DNA from: an uncultured Chloroflexia bacterium
GTDB lineage: Bacteria > Chloroflexota > Anaerolineae > JAAYZQ01
NCBI GenBank assembly: GCA_963700285.1
Contig: CAVOXA010000014.1
Location: 864,001-928,000, forward strand
Direction: 5' to 3'
DNA length: 64,000 bases
The notes under the pieces were generated by a model. It ran no database searches. It was not told the DNA's origin and was given only the letters and a program-made list of their open reading frames with translations. Position 1 is the first letter of the stretch. The number at the start of each line of letters is the position of its first letter. Both the position numbers and the translations under genes were made by a program. Shown piece after piece: positions 57,051 to 64,000 of this stretch.

Positions 57051-58763
57051 ATGTCCGCAAGCAAGAAATCGATAGGCGTCGTACTGCTCATCATGGTCGC
57101 GTTGTTGCTAGCCTCTTGTGGCGCCACGCCCGAGCCTCAGATCGTTGAGGTCGAAAAGGTCGTCACCCAAGTCGTGGAGGTGGAAAAAGAAGTCGTCGTC
57201 ACCGAGATCGTCGAGGTCGAAGGCAAAGAAACCGTCGTCGAGGTCACCAAAGTAGTCAAAGAAGAAGTCGAAGTGGTCGTCACGGCCACGCCGGAACCCA
57301 CCATGGAGGCACCCACAGGCCCCGTGGCGGGTGGGTCGCTCCGTTTCGGCATGACTTCGGACTTTGACCACTTTAACCCCGGCTACCTGGGCTATGAGGA
57401 ATTCCCGGTACGCGCCCAGATTTTTGACTCGCTCATCCGCTACGACCACGACGTGCAGCCCCACCCCCGGCTGGCCGAGACCTGGGAGATGAGCGACGAC
57501 GGGCTGACCTTGACCATCAAGCTGCGTGAAGGGGTCAAGTTCCACAATGGCCGGGAGATGGTAGCCGACGACATCATCCAGAACCTGGCCTTTGCCCAGG
57601 ACGAGGAGACCTGCTACCATATGTGCCAGGGGACAGCCAAGATCGAATCGGCAGAGGCCGTGGACGACTATACCGTCGTGTTCCACTACAGCGAGTTCGA
57701 CGCCGGCTGGCAAGATTTCCTGGAGGACTGGTACATCATCGCCCCCGAAGCCTTTGGCACCCTGGACAACAACCCCATCGGCACCGGGCCATTCAAGTTC
57801 AAAGAGTACATCCCAGACGACCATACCATTTTTGTCAAGAACGAGGACTACTGGGGCTCGGAAGGCCCCTACGTCGACGAGATCTATATTCGCTCCTTCG
57901 GCACCGACGAAGAGGCTTTGGTCGCGGCCCTCGAATCGGGGGAGATAGACCTGACGCACCAAACGCCGACCAAAGACGTGGGGCGGCTGCAGCGAGACGG
58001 GTTCGTGATCTATGACGGGCAGCCAGGCGCCTTTGTCGACGTCATCTATGCCAGCTCCCTGGGCATACCGGAGACCAAGATCAGGCAAGCGATCATGCAC
58101 GCCATAGACTGGCAGGCGCTGTCGGACGGGGTCTACTATGGCACGGGAGAGCTGGGAGCCAGGATGAGCTATCCACCGACATCCTGGGTCTTTGACGAGG
58201 AGCTTGAAAAGCTCTACCCCTACGATCCAGAAAAGGCCAAGGCCCTGCTGGCTGAGGCTGGCTACGACACCATCGACATCGAGTACAACGCGGTGAGCTT
58301 GGACTATATCCAGGGTGGGCTCATCATGCGCGACAGCATGGCCGAGGCGGGCATCAACCTGGAGGTCGTACCCCTGGAGCGCACGCAGTGGCTGGACAAG
58401 TACTATGGCGGCAACTATGGCGTTGCCATGAGCTACATCGCCAACAGCAACAAGGACCCATCACGCCTGTTCATGAACAGCCAGTACCGCTGTGAAAATA
58501 CCACTTCCAAGAGCGATGAGTGGCCGGTCCATCCAGAAACGGGCGAATCCTATTGTGCCTTAATGGCTGAGGCTTCGTCCATCCCCGATCAGGAAAAGCG
58601 CACAGAACTCTACCGCAAGATCCAGGAGATCATGGCCGAGGAGGCTTGGGCCATCGGCTACCGGATGCGGCCGGCGAACTTTGCGGCAAGTCCCGCCGTG
58701 CAGGGCTTTGACTGGCGCATCGACAACGGCATCCTGCTGGAGAACGTGTGGCTGATGCCGTAG
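57051..58763 (+). CDS. Family 5 ABC substrate-binding lipoprotein with Val/Glu/Lys-rich linker
   Basis: Lipobox LASC, VEVEKVV repeats, LREGVKFHNG, IGTGPFKF and YDPEKAKALLAEAG. Confidence 0.94.
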   Translation: MSASKKSIGVVLLIMVALLLASCGATPEPQIVEVEKVVTQVVEVEKEVVVTEIVEVEGKETVVEVTKVVKEEVEVVVTATPEPTMEAPTGPVAGGSLRFGMTSDFDHFNPGYLGYEEFPVRAQIFDSLIRYDHDVQPHPRLAETWEMSDDGLTLTIKLREGVKFHNGREMVADDIIQNLAFAQDEETCYHMCQGTAKIESAEAVDDYTVVFHYSEFDAGWQDFLEDWYIIAPEAFGTLDNNPIGTGPFKFKEYIPDDHTIFVKNEDYWGSEGPYVDEIYIRSFGTDEEALVAALESGEIDLTHQTPTKDVGRLQRDGFVIYDGQPGAFVDVIYASSLGIPETKIRQAIMHAIDWQALSDGVYYGTGELGARMSYPPTSWVFDEELEKLYPYDPEKAKALLAEAGYDTIDIEYNAVSLDYIQGGLIMRDSMAEAGINLEVVPLERTQWLDKYYGGNYGVAMSYIANSNKDPSRLFMNSQYRCENTTSKSDEWPVHPETGESYCALMAEASSIPDQEKRTELYRKIQEIMAEEAWAIGYRMRPANFAASPAVQGFDWRIDNGILLENVWLMP

Positions 58764-58798
58764 CGGTCGGCTGACCTTGCTTTAGAGCTTCATATCGT

Positions 58799-58836
58799 GG
58801 GGGGAACCTGCCTCTGCCCAGAGCCAGGTTCCCCCC
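58799..58836 (+). terminator. Strong stem-loop after the SBP gene (mRNA stabiliser or attenuator)
   Basis: GGGGGGAACCTG...CAGGTTCCCCCC. Confidence 0.6.
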
Positions 58837-58869
58837 TTACCGGACCATCGGTTTCCCTGGGAGGCGTCT

Positions 58870-59814
58870 ATGGGACGTTATGTAACACGCAGACTCTTGC
58901 AGACCATTCCGGTTCTGATTGCGGCTTCTGTTCTCGTCTTTCTCTTGATCCATTTCCTGCCCGGCGATCCAGCTCTGGCCCTCCTGGGCGACAATGCCAC
59001 CCAGGAGATGATCGATGCCATGCGCGGGAAGCTGGGCTTGAACGAGCCGCTCTACGTGCAGTATGGCCTCTGGGTTGGGCGCTTGGTTCAGGGAGATCTT
59101 GGCGTCTCGCTCCGCGGCGGGCAGCAGGTGTCTGACCTCATCGGCATGAAGGTGGTGGCGACGGCCCAGTTGGTGATCGCCGCTTTCCTACTATCGGTCT
59201 TGATCTCTTTCCCCCTGGGCATCTGGGCCGCCCTCAAACCCCATTCCTGGCCCGACCGCTTCATCATGGCTTTCAGCAGCCTTGGTGTGGCCCTGCCGAG
59301 CTATTTTCTGGGGATCGTCCTGGTCCTCATCTTTTCCCTGCGCCTGGGCTGGCTGCCTTCGTCCGGATATGTCAGACCCAGCGAGGATCTAGCGGGCTTT
59401 CTCCGCTTCCTCATCTTGCCAGCGGTTACGCTGGCGGCGGGCCTGGCGGCCGTCCAGATGCGCTTTGTCCGGTCGGCCCTCTTGGAAGTCTTGACCGAGG
59501 ACTATGTCCGCACGGCCCGGGCCAAGGGGTTGAGGGAAAGCGGCGTTGTCTGGGGACATGCGCTCAAGAACGCCTTTATCTCGGTGGTGACGATCCTGGG
59601 GTTGCAGTTCGGCGCCATGCTGACCGGCTCGGTCCTGGTGGAAACCCTCTTTGGCTGGCCGGGCATGGGCCGGCTCCTGATCACCGCCATCACCCAGCGG
59701 GACTATGCCATGGTGCAAGCGACCATGCTCTTCTTGCTGATCATCTTTACCCTGGCCAACCTGGCTGTCGACGTGAGCTATGGCTGGCTGGATCCGCGGG
59801 TGAGCCGGTCATGA
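58870..59814 (+). CDS. Opp/Dpp-type permease (OppB-like)
   Basis: LPGDPA, GDLG.S, EDYVRTARAKGL and DPR motifs. Confidence 0.93.
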   Translation: MGRYVTRRLLQTIPVLIAASVLVFLLIHFLPGDPALALLGDNATQEMIDAMRGKLGLNEPLYVQYGLWVGRLVQGDLGVSLRGGQQVSDLIGMKVVATAQLVIAAFLLSVLISFPLGIWAALKPHSWPDRFIMAFSSLGVALPSYFLGIVLVLIFSLRLGWLPSSGYVRPSEDLAGFLRFLILPAVTLAAGLAAVQMRFVRSALLEVLTEDYVRTARAKGLRESGVVWGHALKNAFISVVTILGLQFGAMLTGSVLVETLFGWPGMGRLLITAITQRDYAMVQATMLFLLIIFTLANLAVDVSYGWLDPRVSRS

Positions 59815-60794
59815 GCCCTGCTGACAGAGGCAATCATCAAACTATAGAGGAGGCAGCCTCAGTGACAACGGTTGTCAGGGCGGCGCCAGCGACGGAGCGC
59901 AAGGTCTACGGGGGGGAGATCGACGAATCCTGGCGACAGAAGCCTGCCTGGCGGGAGAGCACCTTCGGCCGCGTGGTCGTAGAGATCCAGCATGACAAGG
60001 CTGCCCTCATCGGGCTGGCCTGGATCATCGTCCTGATCCTCCTGGCGATCCTGGGGCCGGTATTGCCGCTGAAAGATTGGGAGGAGGTCGATATCAGCGC
60101 CGCCTTCGAACCGCCTTCCCTGGAATATTTCTTTGGGACCGATAATTTGGGCCGGGACCAGTTTTCACGAGTCATCCTTGCGGCGCGGGTGTCGGTGCTG
60201 GGCAGCATAGCAGCTGTCGCTGTGGGCACCATCATTGGCGTCTCGTGGGGCCTGGCGGCGGGGTTCTTTGGGGGTACGGCCGGCTCGATCATGATGCGCA
60301 TCGTCGATTTTTTGCTGTCGATCCCGACCATCCTCATGGCGCTCCTGATCCTGGCCCTGTTGGGGCCGGGGGCCATCAACGCCATCATCGCCATCGCCGT
60401 GACCCGCATCCCCACCATGGCCCGCCTGGCCCGTTCCAGCGCGCTGGTCGAGCAGGGCAAGGACTATGTGATGGCCAGCCGATCCATCGGCGCGCGAAAC
60501 CGCCACATGTTGTTCAAAGTCATTGGTCCCAACACCCTGCCCCCAGTTTTTGTCCAGTTCACACTGTCCCTGGCTTTCGCCATCCTGCTCGAGAGCGGCC
60601 TGAGCTTCCTGGGTCTGGGCACCCGCCCGCCCACCCCGGCCTGGGGTTCGATGCTGGCCACGGGCCGGCGCTACCTCCAGGACGCGCCGTGGATGGCCAT
60701 CTTCCCCGGCCTGGCCATCACAACCTACGTCCTGGCCGTGGGCTATCTGTCCGATGGTCTCCGGGCAGCGATCGGAGCCAAGAGCCTTCGCTAG
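59811..60794 (+). CDS. Opp/Dpp-type permease (OppC-like)
   Basis: FGTDNLGRD, DYV.A.R..GA, ESGLSFLGLG and DGLR motifs. Confidence 0.92.
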   Translation: MSPADRGNHQTIEEAASVTTVVRAAPATERKVYGGEIDESWRQKPAWRESTFGRVVVEIQHDKAALIGLAWIIVLILLAILGPVLPLKDWEEVDISAAFEPPSLEYFFGTDNLGRDQFSRVILAARVSVLGSIAAVAVGTIIGVSWGLAAGFFGGTAGSIMMRIVDFLLSIPTILMALLILALLGPGAINAIIAIAVTRIPTMARLARSSALVEQGKDYVMASRSIGARNRHMLFKVIGPNTLPPVFVQFTLSLAFAILLESGLSFLGLGTRPPTPAWGSMLATGRRYLQDAPWMAIFPGLAITTYVLAVGYLSDGLRAAIGAKSLR

Positions 60795-60879
60795 CTCGCC
60801 AGTGTCTGAACATCAAGGCCGGATTGGGCATTGGGCTGGCACCTTCTGCTGAGATTTCTTGATCCAGAAAGGGATACCC

Positions 60880-62511
60880 ATGAGCAGGACAGTTCTGAGG
60901 AACGGACGCATCGTGGATGGGACAGGGAACCCCTGGGTATGGGGAGACCTGGCCATGGAAGGCCAGCGGATCACCGGAATCGGCGCCGTGGAGTTGGTCG
61001 ATGGTGACGTGGAAGTGGACCTCCAAGGCCACATTGTCTGCCCGGGCTTCATTGACATCCACACCCACTCGGACAGTACCTTCCTATTCGACAAATATGC
61101 CTACAGCAAGGTCTGCCAGGGGGTAACGACCGAGGTTGTAGGTAACTGCGGGCTGTCCTGCGCCCCCCTCTCAGGGAGTGGCGGAGAGATATACCTGCAG
61201 GTGAACAGCCAGATCTTTGGCCAGGACCTCAGCGCGGACTGGGAGTCCATGGACGAGTATCTGTGCCTGTTGGAGCAGAATGGGCTGCCTCTCAACGTCG
61301 CAGCCATGGCTGGCCACAGCACTGTTCGAGCCTGCGTCATGGGCTACGCCACCAGGCCGCCGACCCAGGACGAGCAGAATGAGATGGGCAGGGTTCTCAG
61401 GGAATCGCTGGAGGCGGGTGCGTTTGGCATGACGCTGGGCTATAAACCAGGCGATCAAGCCGATGAAGATGAACTCGCGCATCTTGGCCGCATCGTGGCA
61501 GAGTACGGCGGTTTTGTGTCCGACCACTCTGCCCAGCTTTCGCTGAAATCGGGGCATCCTGCAGGTGAGGACAGCTACCTGGCCATGACCAGCATCATCC
61601 GCAAGCTCCTCAGGGTGGGAGCACAGGCTCAGGTCCCAGTGCACATTGCCCACGTCAAAGCGATTGGACCTGCGGCCTGGGGTAGGGCGAACTGGATCAC
61701 CGATCTCATAGACCGGGCGCGAGATCAGGGGATCGACGCGACCTGTGATCTTTACGGCTACACCGCCGGCGGCGGTGGATTGGTCGGGCTGTTTGCACCA
61801 CAATCCCTATTGGAGGCGGCAGATTCCCAGAACCTACCCGCCTCCATCCGGGCAGCCGTGGCCGACCCGGGCAAGATGCAGGCTGCCCTGCGAGCGATTG
61901 GACAGTCGTTCCGCGGACTGGGCGGAGCAGACAAGGTCCGGATTGTGTCCTTTCCGCCGGATCCAGGCGTGGAGGGCAAAACGTTCCAGGATATCGCGGA
62001 GGCAATGGGCAAGGCCCCGGCAGTAGTCGCCCTCGAGTACCTCCAGCAGGGTGATGCCCGGCTGAGATGCGAGGTAATGCTCGAGAAAGACGTGATTCAC
62101 CTGATGCAACATCGGACAGCCATGATCTGCTCCGATGCGACATCCATGTCCCTCGAGGGTGGCCGAGTGAAGGAGATGGTGCATCCCCGGACCTTTGGCG
62201 CTTTTCCCCGCATCCTGCGGCGCTATGTCACCGAGTTTGGGACGCTCAGCCTGCCGGAGGCCATACGCAAGATGACGGCGGCGCCGGCGCAGCGCCTGGG
62301 ACTCAGGGACAGGGGCCGGCTGACTGAAGGGGCCTACGCTGATGTTGTAGTCTTTGATCCAAAACAGATCGCTGATCTGGCCACCTATTCGGACCCATAC
62401 CGCCTGCCAAGAGGCATCCGGTACGTATACGTCAATGGTACACTGGCTGTCAGCGAGGGAGAATTCCAGAGAACGCTGACGGGGCAGGTTTTGAGAAAAA
62501 AGGGGAGTTGA
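60880..62511 (+). CDS. N-acyl-D-amino-acid deacylase family protein (second, divergent paralog)
   Basis: PGFIDIHTHSD, QGVTTEVVGNCG, HPRTFGAFPR and DRG.L..G.YAD motifs. Confidence 0.9.
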   Translation: MSRTVLRNGRIVDGTGNPWVWGDLAMEGQRITGIGAVELVDGDVEVDLQGHIVCPGFIDIHTHSDSTFLFDKYAYSKVCQGVTTEVVGNCGLSCAPLSGSGGEIYLQVNSQIFGQDLSADWESMDEYLCLLEQNGLPLNVAAMAGHSTVRACVMGYATRPPTQDEQNEMGRVLRESLEAGAFGMTLGYKPGDQADEDELAHLGRIVAEYGGFVSDHSAQLSLKSGHPAGEDSYLAMTSIIRKLLRVGAQAQVPVHIAHVKAIGPAAWGRANWITDLIDRARDQGIDATCDLYGYTAGGGGLVGLFAPQSLLEAADSQNLPASIRAAVADPGKMQAALRAIGQSFRGLGGADKVRIVSFPPDPGVEGKTFQDIAEAMGKAPAVVALEYLQQGDARLRCEVMLEKDVIHLMQHRTAMICSDATSMSLEGGRVKEMVHPRTFGAFPRILRRYVTEFGTLSLPEAIRKMTAAPAQRLGLRDRGRLTEGAYADVVVFDPKQIADLATYSDPYRLPRGIRYVYVNGTLAVSEGEFQRTLTGQVLRKKGS

Positions 62512-62513
62512 CC

Positions 62514-63993
62514 ATGAGAATCGCCATCGCAGAGATATCACAGGAAACGGATACCTTTAGCCCAGTCCTGACCGGGCTGCAAGACTTTGAACAAAACGGC
62601 TTGCTGTACGGCGACGAGATCCTGGAAAAGATGCAGGGCGTGGGAAAGGTCGGCGGCTTTCTATCCATCGCCGCGCAACGAGACAACATAGAACTACTGC
62701 CCATCATCCGGGCACAGGCCATGGCCGGCGGCAGGATTACCGAGGAGACCTTCGAGTACCTGAAGGGCAAACTGCTGGCAGGACTCAGAGAGGTTCTGCC
62801 GGTGGACGGGGTGTACCTCTCACTCCATGGCGCCGCATCCACCCAAGAGACCGACGACATGGAGGGTCAAATACTCTCTGAAGTCCGGCAACTGGTTGGC
62901 AACGCTGTGCCCATCGTGGCGCCCCTGGATCACCACGCCAGCATCACCAGCCTGATCATGGATTCCGCCGATGTGGTGATAGGCTTCCAGACCCAGCCGC
63001 ACGATCCCTTTGAGACCGGCGAACGAGCAACCAGGCTCCTGTTCGACCTGCTCGAACAGCAAAATCTCGCCCACCGGAGCCTGGTTCAGGATCCCCATGG
63101 TCACTCCCCAGGACCAGTTCCTCACCTCCGGGGGACCGATGAAGGAGTGGTTCGATCTGGCGCGCGATATGGAGCGATTGCCGGGCGTAATAACCGCCTC
63201 CAACTTCCCTATGCAGCCCTGGCTCGACGTGGAGGACGCAGGCTGGACTGCGATGGTCTACACGGACAGCGACCAACAACTCGCCAGAAAGCTGGCCGCC
63301 GAATTGGCCAACAAGGCATGGGAGCTGCGGGATCAGTTCTGGGTCTCGGAGCGCCTGTCACCGGCGGAGACCATCAGGCAGGCCGACGGCGCCGAGGAAG
63401 GGCTCATTATCCTCGCGGATACCGGTGATTCTACGTTCGGCGGGGCGCCGGGCGATAGCACCTGCCTGTTGCGGGAGATGTTAGCGCAGAGGATCACCAG
63501 CACGGCCTACGTGCCCATGGTCGACGCCGGGGCGGTGGCGGCCGCAATCCAGGCCGGAGAGGGACAGGAGGTCACACTGGACGTGGGCGGCAAGATGGAC
63601 AATCTCTTCAGCAAGCCCGTCCGGGTGACCGGCACCGTCACGCGGATCACCCAGAATCTGGTTCTTGAGCTGGGCGGAAGGGGCCCCTGCAATATGGGCC
63701 GGACAGCGCTCCTGGAAGCCGGCAGCGTCAAGATCGCACTGGTCGATGCCCGCGTCGCGGCCATCAACTTCCCGGCCATGTACACGCACCTGGGCCTGTC
63801 CATTGATGAGGCCAAGATGGTAGTGCTCAAGACAGCGAGCAACTTCCAGTACTTCGCCCCGTGGCGCAAGGGCCTTATCCGTGCTGACTCGCCTGGTATG
63901 ACCCAATCAAACCTGCACGACTTTGACTGGGTGCGTGCTCCGCGGCCACTCTATCCCTTTGATGAGCTATCGGAGTGGAAAGCCGCGCTATAG
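62514..63993 (+). CDS. M81/MlrC family metallopeptidase (frameshift near 63058)
   Basis: RIAIA.I.QET.TFSP, LSLHGA, LDHHA and PH.D in frame 1. QPWLDV, D.GD...GGAPGD and KTASNF in frame 2. The two ORFs form one MlrC-sized protein. Confidence 0.85.
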
Positions 63994-64000
63994 AAGCGCA

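Noticed and set aside
57108-58100. 330-aa minus-strand ORF
   Set aside because: Antisense shadow of SBP2.

Overview
GC-rich bacterial chromosomal window, most likely Chloroflexota (Anaerolineae-like). This is inferred from a MurF-Alr fusion, a C-terminal YLPL-type motif, Val/Glu/Lys-rich solute-binding-protein linkers and an FKAGEFGG-type Rieske remnant. Left to right it holds: a minus-strand complex I operon (nuoA-B-CD-E-[ferritin-like]-F-G-H-I, running off the left edge), an AlkZ/YcaQ-like gene, an FHA-TPR-PD40 membrane protein, mnmG, two ABC1/UbiB kinases, a stand-alone baeRF-like N-domain, an M14 carboxypeptidase, mfd, pth, a divergent cysK-like/lysE pair behind an internally deleted methyltransferase, dihydropyrimidinase, a two-component cluster, a nitrilase-fold protein lacking its catalytic Cys, an orphan 2-hydroxyacyl-CoA dehydratase subunit, a Rieske/cytochrome c deletion scar, a B12-radical SAM gene, a split and doubly membrane-anchored Cas4-like nuclease, rluB-cmk-DUF512, and two Opp-type uptake/catabolic clusters with D-aminoacylases flanking murF-alr. 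The second cluster is paired with a divergent FadR-LarA-deacetylase operon. No rRNA, tRNA, CRISPR array or transposase was seen. Three single-base frameshifts suggest residual sequence errors. The strongest novelty candidate is the CRISPR-less split, membrane-tethered Cas4 pair at 38002-38779. All calls come from reading motifs by eye; no searches were run.
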